From a virus (taxonomy: Duplodnaviria; Caudoviricetes), in IMG/VR virus record IMGVR_UViG_2974647559_000001, positions 1 through 64,000 of that record: a stretch of DNA of 64,000 bases; one strand, given 5' to 3'. The notes under the pieces are model-generated. The model saw nothing but the letters and a program-made list of their open reading frames with translations. It had not been told where the DNA came from and did no database searches. A program made the position numbers and the translations under genes. Every line of letters begins with the position of its first letter. Within the stretch, counting starts at the first letter, position 1. Of the stretch, positions 27,980 to 36,280 are shown piece by piece.

Positions 27980-28972
27980 ATGAAAGGTTACAAAGCTTTT
28001 AATCGTGTAAAGGGTTGCGACAAATCTGGTATGTGTCGTGGCATGTTGTTCGAGGAAGGGGAAATCTATGAAATAACAGGAGAACTCAAGATTTACAGTA
28101 ACGGCCTACATTTTTGTGAATACTTAGTCCAGACCTTTGAATATTATGAGTATGACCATTCAAAGACTATTTATGCGGAAGTAGAGGCAATCGGAGATTT
28201 AGATGTAGAAGATTTGTTGGAGTTTAAGTATGCAACCAACAAACTCAAAGTAGTTAAATTTTTAACACAATCAGAAGTAGAAGCCATGTTCTCTGACGAC
28301 AAACGGAATACTGGTAATCAGAATACTGGTAATCAGAATACTGGTTTTCAGAATACTGGTAATCGAAATACTGGTAATCAGAATACTGGTAATTGGAATA
28401 CTGGTAATTGGAATACTGGTGATTGGAATACTGGTAATCGGAATACTGGTAATCAGAATACTGGTTTTCAGAATACTGGTGATCAGAATACTGGTTTTCT
28501 GAATACTGGTGATCGGAATACTGGTAATCAGAATACTGGTAATTGGAATACTGGTAATCGGAATACTGGTGATTGGAATACTGGTAATCGGAATACTGGT
28601 GATTGGAATACTGGTTATTGGAATACTGGTAATCAGAATACTGGTGATCAGAATACTGGTAATCGGAATACTGGTAATTGGAATACCTCAGATAGAAACA
28701 CAGGGTTTTTCAATACGAAACCTATTAGTACCATTTTAGTATTCAATGTTGAAACTTCCTTAGATGAGTGGGGTAGCTGCGAAAAACCTAATTTTGTTTA
28801 TTTTAACTTAGTGGGTTGTGGTGACTACAAAAAGTCATTCATTGCGAGTTTTAACAAAACAAAAAAATCAGATGTTGAGTTGCTATTAAAACTGCCAAAC
28901 TTTGATTACAAAGTATTTGAAGAAATTTCTGGAATATCTGAGCAAATGATTATGGATAAATTGAGCCAATAG
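27980..28972 (+). CDS. GxxNT pentapeptide-repeat protein
   Basis: KGYKAF..GLHFC N-terminal domain, ~27 xxNTG units, LPNFD C-terminal cap. Confidence 0.85.
   Translation: MKGYKAFNRVKGCDKSGMCRGMLFEEGEIYEITGELKIYSNGLHFCEYLVQTFEYYEYDHSKTIYAEVEAIGDLDVEDLLEFKYATNKLKVVKFLTQSEVEAMFSDDKRNTGNQNTGNQNTGFQNTGNRNTGNQNTGNWNTGNWNTGDWNTGNRNTGNQNTGFQNTGDQNTGFLNTGDRNTGNQNTGNWNTGNRNTGDWNTGNRNTGDWNTGYWNTGNQNTGDQNTGNRNTGNWNTSDRNTGFFNTKPISTILVFNVETSLDEWGSCEKPNFVYFNLVGCGDYKKSFIASFNKTKKSDVELLLKLPNFDYKVFEEISGISEQMIMDKLSQ
28301..28715 (+). repeat. 15-bp coding tandem repeat (core GAATACTGGT)
   Basis: Seen directly, about 27 units with no spacers. Confidence 0.95.
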
Positions 28973-28980
28973 CACTTCCC

Positions 28981-29086
28981 ATTTAAACGCTCTGTAAGAG
29001 CCTCAGAGCAATTCTGAGGCTATCCCTAAGCCAACACACTCATTCAGATAGATAATGGCTTGTAGATGCTTACAGGTATCTTAAAA
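28981..29086. repeat. ~106-bp intergenic pseudo-palindrome E3
   Basis: ATTTAAAC...CAACACAC (offset 51)...TTAAAA; GATAGATAATGGCT shared with E5. Confidence 0.65.
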
Positions 29087-29089
29087 TTG

Positions 29090-29160
29090 AGAACCAGCAT
29101 GGTAAATCTTAGAACCGGATGCAATTTTCATAGAACCAGTCCATCATTCCAAAATACCAA
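29090..29160 (+). repeat. AGAACC(A/G)G boxes at 21-bp spacing
   Basis: Copies start at 29090, 29111, 29132; degenerate fourth at 29153. Confidence 0.5.
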
Positions 29161-29608
29161 CAACGTTCACCGTTGCACCAACGACACTTTTCATAAAGAC
29201 TAGTAGGTAAATCCTTGAAATAGCTAGAAATTTTGAGACTAGAGGTGTTTGCCGATTTTCAGCCAGAAAAATTCAGAAATTTGTACAGAATATGTAAACC
29301 AAAAATTTACAAACAGAAATAACTCATTAACATTCTGTTAATATTTAATATGTAAATTATTTGTTAATGATGTTGCAAAAATGTAAATTGTTACAGGCAG
29401 CCCCCCTGTTTGTCTCCTACCGTATTCAGTAGCCATCACGCATAACAAGAGTATAGCAAACAACTGCAAAGAATTACAAGCAATAAAACAAAATAAATTA
29501 AAAATAACTTTATCCTGATTTTTAAACATTGGCATGTTGTTTGCTACGCGCACAATGCTATATAAGAAAGACAATAAAATTTATTTTAATTATTTTCACA
29601 AAAACAGG

Positions 29609-29637
29609 TTGACAGCCTAAATTAAAACAACTAAGCT
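29609..29637 (+). promoter_or_regulatory. Sigma70-type promoter
   Basis: TTGACA-17-TAAGCT. Confidence 0.75.
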
Positions 29638-29684
29638 TTACGCAAGTTAAGGCAATAGTGCCGGATAATGTAAATAGGTGATTT

Positions 29685-30047
29685 ATGCATAAAAATATAG
29701 GATACCACACCAGATCAATGGAAGACGGTAAAAAATTAGTAGGGGGTTCTTTTGGCGGTGCAATCGACCAGGAGACTGTCGAAAGAATCTCGCGCTTGTT
29801 TACAGTCATTATTAAACCATCAGGCAGGGCTGTTTTTGTTGATGACAAAGGTAATGAAGTATACCTCTATTTTTCTATTGACCCCCAAAATACAGAGAAA
29901 GGTAAGCAGGCAATAAAAGAAGATCGACAAAAACGAGAATTAAAACAAAAAGAAGAACAAGAGCTATTGGAACAACAAGAGAGAGAATTAACCGAAGCTA
30001 TGCAAGGCTTGAGCCACGAGGAAATATTGGAAAAGCTTGCAAAATAA
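29685..30047 (+). CDS. Hypothetical early protein with C-terminal coiled coil
   Basis: 120-aa ORF downstream of promoter. Confidence 0.75.
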   Translation: MHKNIGYHTRSMEDGKKLVGGSFGGAIDQETVERISRLFTVIIKPSGRAVFVDDKGNEVYLYFSIDPQNTEKGKQAIKEDRQKRELKQKEEQELLEQQERELTEAMQGLSHEEILEKLAK

Positions 30048-30090
30048 TTTAAATTAGCGCTTGCATTAGCTGGCGCTATAAACTAAGCTT
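30042..30090 (+). promoter_or_regulatory. Repeated promoter cassette, copy 1
   Basis: AAATAATTTAAATTAGCGC-TTGCAT-17-TAAGCT; TAGCGC/GCGCTA inverted repeat around -35. Confidence 0.7.
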
Positions 30091-30122
30091 TGCTGGAATT
30101 AATCAAACCGGAGTTTTACAAG

Positions 30123-30452
30123 ATGATAGACTACACAGCTTACTTAAAACATAGGCATACAATTGTTTGCCAATATATTATAGGTAATTCTGACCAATTG
30201 CCAGCCAGTTTAAAAATTTCGTCGGCTATGGGGGCAACATCTATTAGAACAAAAAACGGTAAAATGCAAGATCATTACGAAAACGTTTTAGAAGGTTTAG
30301 CTGATGATTTGTTAAATGCTATACAATACCCGCTAAACACTTTTAGCAGTGGTGACCAAGCTTTTCAGATGTTTAGACTACTACCGTTTAAAGTGTATAA
30401 AATGTGCTGGTCTGAAGTTGTAAAACTTTGTATTAAGGAACTAGAAAAATGA
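30123..30452 (+). CDS. Hypothetical early protein (start likely at MIDY)
   Basis: GGAG RBS before 30123; ORF-track start lies next to the -10 box. Confidence 0.65.
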   Translation: MIDYTAYLKHRHTIVCQYIIGNSDQLPASLKISSAMGATSIRTKNGKMQDHYENVLEGLADDLLNAIQYPLNTFSSGDQAFQMFRLLPFKVYKMCWSEVVKLCIKELEK

Positions 30453-30466
30453 TAAGAATAAAGATA

Positions 30467-30515
30467 AAATAATTTAAATTAGCGCTTGCATTAATGGGCG
30501 CTATCAACTAAGCTT
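30467..30515 (+). promoter_or_regulatory. Repeated promoter cassette, copy 2
   Basis: Near-identical to 30042-30090. Confidence 0.7.
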
Positions 30516-30545
30516 AACGCATCAAAACAAACAAGGGCTTTAAAA

Positions 30546-30671
30546 ATGATTACATTAGCTTTATTCTCAATCACTGTACTGGCTACGATTGGATCGGTTA
30601 AATCTGGCCACAGTAAGTTGGCGTTTATGTCTGCAATGTCTTGTGTTGCTGTAATTGCTGGGAGTATATAA
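30546..30671 (+). CDS. Small membrane peptide (41 aa, not in ORF track)
   Basis: MITLALFSITVLATIG...; directly after promoter. Confidence 0.5.
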   Translation: MITLALFSITVLATIGSVKSGHSKLAFMSAMSCVAVIAGSI

Positions 30672-30720
30672 CCCTAACGGGTTATGCCTTCTTTCGTTAT
30701 CACTCAATAAGGTGTTAAAA

Positions 30721-30864
30721 ATGAAAGCTTACTTAAAATTCTTATCATTCGCTGAATGGTTGACAGAAGAAAGATTGCAAAACATTTGCATTGTTTGGCT
30801 ATTTACTGTTATCCTTTGCAGTGGATCAATTGTTGAATCAATTTGTAAATTAATGGGGGTGTAA
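30721..30864 (+). CDS. Small membrane protein, duplicate A (47 aa)
   Basis: MKAYLK..WLTEERLQNIC..VILCSGSIVESICKLMGV; AAGG RBS. Confidence 0.7.
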   Translation: MKAYLKFLSFAEWLTEERLQNICIVWLFTVILCSGSIVESICKLMGV

Positions 30865-30865
30865 G

Positions 30866-31147
30866 ATGCGATTATTTGAATTGCGGGCTGGATGGGTGGA
30901 AGAATATGATTGCCCAGATAACGGGGTCACAGAGATATGCAATAACTACGATGTTATTGCTATGCAAATCAACGGTAATGATAAGCTTGTCGCAATGGCT
31001 GAAGATCTGTCAAAAGGTTTTAACGGTGAGTACTGGTCTTTAAAAAGAGTTACAGAACTGCGTGCGATTTATCCAAATTATGATGATTTTAGGGAAGCAA
31101 AGTACACTATACACGAACTAACTGATCTAGTAATTAATGACGAATAA
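30866..31147 (+). CDS. Hypothetical acidic protein
   Basis: 93-aa ORF lying between the duplicates. Confidence 0.65.
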   Translation: MRLFELRAGWVEEYDCPDNGVTEICNNYDVIAMQINGNDKLVAMAEDLSKGFNGEYWSLKRVTELRAIYPNYDDFREAKYTIHELTDLVINDE

Positions 31148-31151
31148 CAAA

Positions 31152-31295
31152 ATGAGAGCTTATTTGAAGTTGTTAGCTTGTTCTAATTGGTTAACAGAAG
31201 AAAGAATACAAAACATTTGCATGTTTACGGTGTTTGCTGTTATCCTTTGCAGCGGATCAATTGTTGAATTTATTTGTAAATTATTGGGAGTTTGA
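31152..31295 (+). CDS. Small membrane protein, duplicate B (47 aa, not in ORF track)
   Basis: MRAYLK..WLTEERIQNIC..VILCSGSIVEFICKLLGV. Confidence 0.7.
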   Translation: MRAYLKLLACSNWLTEERIQNICMFTVFAVILCSGSIVEFICKLLGV

Positions 31296-31297
31296 TT

Positions 31298-31501
31298 ATG
31301 GTAGATTTTTCTGATTATTTAGGTAAACAAAAAATTGAGTTAAAATCCGATTTTCGTATACGTCTATTGTGCAAACAACATTCAGGTTTTTCAAATTGGT
31401 TTGGGAATAAATTTTTAAAGTGGGAATATGATATGGTTGATAGAGATGAGGTAGAAAACTTAAATAGTTCATTTTGTCGTGCTTATTTAGAATTGAATTA
31501 A
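31298..31501 (+). CDS. Hypothetical protein
   Basis: ORF in operon. Confidence 0.55.
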   Translation: MVDFSDYLGKQKIELKSDFRIRLLCKQHSGFSNWFGNKFLKWEYDMVDRDEVENLNSSFCRAYLELN

Positions 31502-31514
31502 TGACAAATAACCC

Positions 31515-31543
31515 TTGCAAATTATTAATGCCTGTTGTATATT
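31515..31543 (+). promoter_or_regulatory. Sigma70-type promoter
   Basis: TTGCAA-17-TATATT. Confidence 0.7.
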
Positions 31544-31588
31544 TAGTGGGCATTGCTAAGACAGCAAGACAAGAGAGAGGGTTACAAA

Positions 31589-31918
31589 ATGTTTGATAAT
31601 GAAAATATTGAAGCATTAGAAAAAGAAATTGCAGCTTTGAAAATGCAATTAGATTTAATTGGTAAAGTGGATCAGTATAAGGCCAGCTTAATCCACACAT
31701 ACCACTTTGCTGGGGCAGAATTATTAAAATGTAATATTGATCGTTTTACTGGCAGTGGGTTAATAGTAACTATTAAAAGCTTATCGGGTAAAGAATTAGT
31801 AATGCCTTTTATGGTTAAGGATGGTTTAAGCAACACTACAATTAATACTTTACTTGATGACATGCAACGCAGCTTTGATAGTGGTATTGAATTCAAGCCA
31901 GTACAAAAAAGATTATAA
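31589..31918 (+). CDS. Hypothetical early protein
   Basis: GAGG RBS before MFDNEN. Confidence 0.7.
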   Translation: MFDNENIEALEKEIAALKMQLDLIGKVDQYKASLIHTYHFAGAELLKCNIDRFTGSGLIVTIKSLSGKELVMPFMVKDGLSNTTINTLLDDMQRSFDSGIEFKPVQKRL

Positions 31919-32019
31919 AAACAGTTGTTTTATAATAGCCAGTATGGTTTAATTAGCTGGCTATCAACAAGACAATTTTTAACAAGTGGCAATAGTGCCA
32001 ATAACACAAAGGTGATAAT

Positions 32020-32427
32020 ATGAAATACTTAAACAGATTCCGTCAAGAAAGCTCAGATGCTAAATATAACGCACAGAAAAATCTGTCCGGTTTAACTTAC
32101 TATTATGATGACGATACAATGAAGTATCACAAAAGCCGCATATTAAGTTGTAATATAACTCATGAAGGTTTGCTGCTTGGTACAGTTGAAAGCTTTGCTG
32201 ATTACAACGGTAAACGCTTATACCGACCCGTAATATTCAATGTATTAGGGCAAGTAATTCATAGACCCTTACAGATTGAAAGCTGCTTTAACAAGTCGGA
32301 TAAAGCATTGGCGTCTATGTGGGAGGAGTTGAACAAAATTGATGCTGTTTCCCACACTAAACAGGCAGTGATAGAACAGAGAGATCGTGATTTTAAATAT
32401 GCAACTGAATTTTTAGAAGGTTTATGA
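32020..32427 (+). CDS. Hypothetical early protein
   Basis: 135-aa ORF, YYYDDDTMKYHKSR motif. Confidence 0.7.
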   Translation: MKYLNRFRQESSDAKYNAQKNLSGLTYYYDDDTMKYHKSRILSCNITHEGLLLGTVESFADYNGKRLYRPVIFNVLGQVIHRPLQIESCFNKSDKALASMWEELNKIDAVSHTKQAVIEQRDRDFKYATEFLEGL

Positions 32428-32550
32428 TCATGATTACTTTAAAACAACTTATGCCAGAATAAGTTAATTAATGAAACAATAACAGCGCTTACAAGTGTAG
32501 GCGCTAATTATCCAACACAAATTAATGTTTAATAAATAAGGATTAATAAT

Positions 32551-32817
32551 ATGATTACACAACTAGCAAACAATCAAAACGTACTGGCTACAGACAAAGG
32601 GCATTTATTTGTGTCTTATGGTTCGGTCATAGCTTTTAAACCATATAATGGTGATACGCCAACTGTTACAGATAAGTGGGATTATAGCCAGACAACGCTT
32701 AAGTATTTAAAACAATTCTTAGGTTGTAGTTTATCTAAGGCACAGTTGGCTGATAGAATAAAATCGGGCAACATTATCCTAGACAATTCAATTAAAAATT
32801 TCAAGGTGTCATTTTGA
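32551..32817 (+). CDS. Conserved early phage protein
   Basis: FVSYGSVIA...WDYSQTTLKYLKQFL motif. Confidence 0.7.
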   Translation: MITQLANNQNVLATDKGHLFVSYGSVIAFKPYNGDTPTVTDKWDYSQTTLKYLKQFLGCSLSKAQLADRIKSGNIILDNSIKNFKVSF

Positions 32818-32954
32818 AAACATACAACTACAAACAATTTGCAAACGTCCCAACATGGCAAGCTGACAAAGCAGCTAAACAAGCTAAGAAGCAAGCCAAG
32901 CAATTTAAACAGAATCGCAGTGCTAAGCGCTCAGTGTGGGAGTGTATAGGATGA
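32814..32954 (+). CDS. Small basic K/Q/A-rich peptide (46 aa, not in ORF track)
   Basis: TTG start overlaps upstream TGA; its TGA overlaps the next ATG. Confidence 0.55.
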   Translation: MKTYNYKQFANVPTWQADKAAKQAKKQAKQFKQNRSAKRSVWECIG

Positions 32955-33130
32955 ATTTATTACAAAGCTTATTTTGTAAGCCTAAATATATACTAGTGTA
33001 TGTTGACACACTAGACGATCAAGGGAACCCAGTTAGCTACACAAACAAATATAGTTATGAAGTGTGGGAAAAAATAAGAGACTGGCATGCAATACATATA
33101 CCACATAACGGGATAATGCCAATATACTAA
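32951..33130 (+). CDS. Hypothetical protein
   Basis: MNLLQSLF..., ends before a terminator. Confidence 0.6.
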   Translation: MNLLQSLFCKPKYILVYVDTLDDQGNPVSYTNKYSYEVWEKIRDWHAIHIPHNGIMPIY

Positions 33131-33136
33131 CCTAAT

Positions 33137-33161
33137 AGCCAGCCTTTGAGCTGGCTTTCTT
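33137..33161 (+). terminator. Rho-independent terminator ending the early region
   Basis: AGCCAGC-ctttga-GCTGGCT followed by TTCTT. Confidence 0.75.
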
Positions 33162-33203
33162 ATTCCATTAAACAATAACATTCTGTTAACATTTCTAACA
33201 TTT

Positions 33204-33309
33204 TATTAACGCTCATAGAATCCATTGTATAGCGTTATTCAGTAGCTATGCTACCACTTGCTTAGCTTAGTCTTACAACGTCTTATAGGCTCATGCAGAC
33301 AGCCTATAA
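33204..33309. repeat. ~106-bp element E6 (most diverged)
   Basis: Starts TATTAACGCTC (cf. E3), ends AGACAGCCTATAA (cf. E2); central motif not conserved. Confidence 0.4.
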
Positions 33310-34396
33310 TTGATTTTATCCTACCACATAGGCTCAATATAATAAGCTATTACATAATTATGTGAATAATATCTGAATAGATAAAGCATTAGTGGATAAG
33401 GATATAGGCTCAATAGCTGGCTAATTGTCATTAGATGGATGTTATCAGATAGGGCTAATTGTTTAGTAATTGTTAATGGATCATCTGTTTGGATGTCTAG
33501 TGTGGGTGCTAACTTGGTGTTATTGGTTGGTTAATATATTGTTATTTGATTATCTATTCTATTATTGATTGGTTAAACACAAAACTAACATCCTATTAAC
33601 ATAATTAGACTACATACTCTAATTATTAACAATCCATTCACACAAATAATTGTAAATAATCCATTCATAGCATGTTGCATAAATGTAAATAATCTATACA
33701 CAATTAATTTACATACAACATGCAATCAGTATGCCAACATTAAATAAATATAATTATTCATACAGTATGCAATAGGTAATGACACGTCATTTAATTGACA
33801 TTTAACATAATATAGATTATGAGTTATTAGTAATAGAATGAATAGGTTATGCATAATTATGATGAGTAATTGCATACAGTAATTTGTGCTGGATATACAG
33901 TAGTATTGATTTGATGAATAGATATTTTAGAATTATAAGCTAATTGTATAATGGGGTATTGGGTGTGTTAAACCACTCAAACGTTAATTTTAAATATACC
34001 CAACCTAGTACCCCCAAACGATATTTCCACACTACAAATTAGTCAGGTAATCATCAGGGACCACTAGGGGAATATTAACTGGATATTTTCATACTGGATA
34101 TTTTAATCTAACCCTTGTGAAATAAGAGTTGGTGGGTGTATCTGCCTGTTGTATTAGAAATAGGATTAGTAACAAGAATTATAGAGGATATTTCAATAGA
34201 TATTTCTACTAATTATAATTTAGAATAATACACTATGGCATGGTAGTTGCTTTACAGTATAAGCTGGTTTTTTGGAGGGGTTGATTTATGCGGAATTTCT
34301 AACCTACCCTAATACATTTAAAGTATTGGGGTACGATATTTCTATTGTGTAGATATTTTAGATGTGTCATAATGCTTGTATTAGATTGGAGGGTGT
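33310..34396. other. Long AT-rich non-coding tract; candidate origin or genome-end region
   Basis: No ORF in track; GT-rich to CA-rich switch near 33575; GATATTT repeats. Confidence 0.5.
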
Positions 34397-34415
34397 ATGA
34401 TACATATAGATATTT
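33921..34415 (+). repeat. Nine co-oriented GATATTT boxes
   Basis: At 33921, 34020, 34082, 34097, 34187, 34199, 34335, 34352, 34409. Confidence 0.7.
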
Positions 34416-34858
34416 CAGATGTCAGTACAGAGAAAGAGCTTATTGATGTTTGTGTACAGAATAAATGGGATAAGAAGCCTGATGCTTTTGTGAAGCACTC
34501 TACTAAATGCTTTGATTACTTAGAGCATGTTGGGGCTGTTAAGTTTGAGAAGTGGTATAAGATGAGTAAGAACATACAGAGAAGGAATGTGTGGATGTGT
34601 ACTGTTGCTCAGTTATCTGAAGTGACAGGGATTGCTGTTGGTAATCGGTTAAATATATTGCTCAGAGAATTTAGTAATGTGGGGTTATGTGTTGTTGAAT
34701 ATCCAGAAGGGAAGTATGATGGTAGGAGTATTGTGTCTGAAAGAAGGAGGGTTGTTTTCAACCCCCATTTAGTGTGGAAAGGATGTTTGGGTAAGCAGTA
34801 TCAGTATAAGAAAGAATGGGATGTTAGTCGGTATGGGTATGTGCTGAACAAAGAATAA
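34397..34858 (+). CDS. RepL-like winged-helix protein
   Basis: FVK..., TVAQLSEVTG HTH, FNPHLVWKG..KQ like plasmid RepL NPELLMRG..KQ (from memory). Confidence 0.6.
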   Translation: MIHIDISDVSTEKELIDVCVQNKWDKKPDAFVKHSTKCFDYLEHVGAVKFEKWYKMSKNIQRRNVWMCTVAQLSEVTGIAVGNRLNILLREFSNVGLCVVEYPEGKYDGRSIVSERRRVVFNPHLVWKGCLGKQYQYKKEWDVSRYGYVLNKE

Positions 34859-34878
34859 AAGCCCCAATTAAGGGGCTT
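34859..34878. terminator. Bidirectional terminator at convergent junction
   Basis: AAGCCCC-aattaa-GGGGCTT. Confidence 0.75.
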
Positions 34879-34882
34879 CGTC

Positions 34883-35851
34883 TTAATCAAAATAATATTT
34901 CTCCAGCGCCTTAAACATAACAGACAGGTCACTCTGTTCTGGTAAATCACTTTGCTTTAATAGAACCATACACTCTTCGTATAATTCATGTATTGTAGAC
35001 ATCACTTCATCCACATCAGTAACAAAACCACGTTTCACTGCTTTAATGTACTCAGCATTCTTTAAGGGGAATGTAATGTTTCGTTCTAACACCAATTCCT
35101 TTAATTGAACAAGAACCCGCAGTGCATGACTAAGAGATTTAGTGTCCAATCCTTTTGTCTCACCATCTTCTGTACGCTTACCATAACGTGCAATCTCTCT
35201 GCACAGGGCATCTGTTAGTTGTCGCACTTCCCAAGTGTGGATATATTTCTTACCACACACTTCGAGATATTTCTGTTCGTGGTCTGTTACAACAGTGACA
35301 TTTTTAATGTACTTGTATTCTTGTGGTAGATGATTAGCTACATTAGCCACTACATCGTTAATACCAACAGATTCAGCAAACGCTAACAGAGACTTCATTT
35401 CAACTAGACGGTCAATCTTGTTTGAATATTTGTGTGTATGTGTCTTAATGTAACCTACCATACCTCGCATTGTCTTAGACAACAATAACCCACGGTGTTG
35501 TTTGATTGTTTCCCATAATGGTGTGATAGTCATTACCACAGCATCTGGGGCAAACAACAGATCAATACAGTTTGTGTCACAAGATTCCGCGCTAAGTAAG
35601 AAGGATGGGAGTGATTTAAGCTCCAGTTCAATATCCAAATCATCATTCTTATAGTTATATGTCTTGGTAGCTTTGCCTAGCAGTAAATCTGTCTTACTTG
35701 GTGCATAGACAGCCTTCACGTCAATGTCACTCTCAGGTCTATCTAATCCGTACAAATGTGAGCCGTGGAAAGACATAAAGATAATATCTTTGTTCTTTGT
35801 TTGACTCGATAACCAATCTTTTTGTTCTTGCGTTAATTTAGGTACGTTCAT
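34883..35851 (-). CDS. Pol-beta-superfamily nucleotidyltransferase (T4 NrdC.11-like)
   Basis: GSHLYG...SDID motif; KSLSHALR. Confidence 0.8.
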   Translation of the reverse strand: MNVPKLTQEQKDWLSSQTKNKDIIFMSFHGSHLYGLDRPESDIDVKAVYAPSKTDLLLGKATKTYNYKNDDLDIELELKSLPSFLLSAESCDTNCIDLLFAPDAVVMTITPLWETIKQHRGLLLSKTMRGMVGYIKTHTHKYSNKIDRLVEMKSLLAFAESVGINDVVANVANHLPQEYKYIKNVTVVTDHEQKYLEVCGKKYIHTWEVRQLTDALCREIARYGKRTEDGETKGLDTKSLSHALRVLVQLKELVLERNITFPLKNAEYIKAVKRGFVTDVDEVMSTIHELYEECMVLLKQSDLPEQSDLSVMFKALEKYYFD

Positions 35852-35860
35852 CTTTCCTCC

Positions 35861-36280
35861 TTAATTCATTAATCGTTTAGATTGTAACAGTCTTATAAAT
35901 TCTACATCGTTGTTTGTTAAATAGTATTTCTCTAGGTAGTCCCACCATTCATGTCCCTCTACTTTAGGTGCATCATATATCTTAGCTGGCAAGATAACCC
36001 CGACATTGGTTAGTGCCATATTTAAAGCATCTTGTTCTTCCTTAAACCATGCAAAAGGGTATGGTAGTGTGTTCAAACTACTAATCACCTCAAACAAATC
36101 TTTCTGCATGCCCCCATTCAGTACAACAGCGGTTTTGTGATTAATAGCCCAGTCGTATAACATCTCTCTCTCTGGACAAGCATGTTGGTACTTAACAAAC
36201 ATCTCCGCTGTTGTGTGTTGACTCTGGATACCAGCATGAATGCCTTGTAAGTAAAAGTTCTGAAAGAAATAAGCCCTCAT
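35861..36280 (-). CDS. Pth2-like peptidyl-tRNA hydrolase homologue
   Basis: GIHAGIQSQH, WAINHKTAVVL, FKEE..ALN...NVG pattern. Confidence 0.5.
   Translation of the reverse strand: MRAYFFQNFYLQGIHAGIQSQHTTAEMFVKYQHACPEREMLYDWAINHKTAVVLNGGMQKDLFEVISSLNTLPYPFAWFKEEQDALNMALTNVGVILPAKIYDAPKVEGHEWWDYLEKYYLTNNDVEFIRLLQSKRLMN

Noticed and set aside
28301-28715. CRISPR array or Qnr/MfpA-type gyrase-inhibitor repeat
   Set aside because: The 15-bp units abut with no spacers and are in-frame codons; the xxNTG unit does not fit the A(D/N)Lxx consensus.
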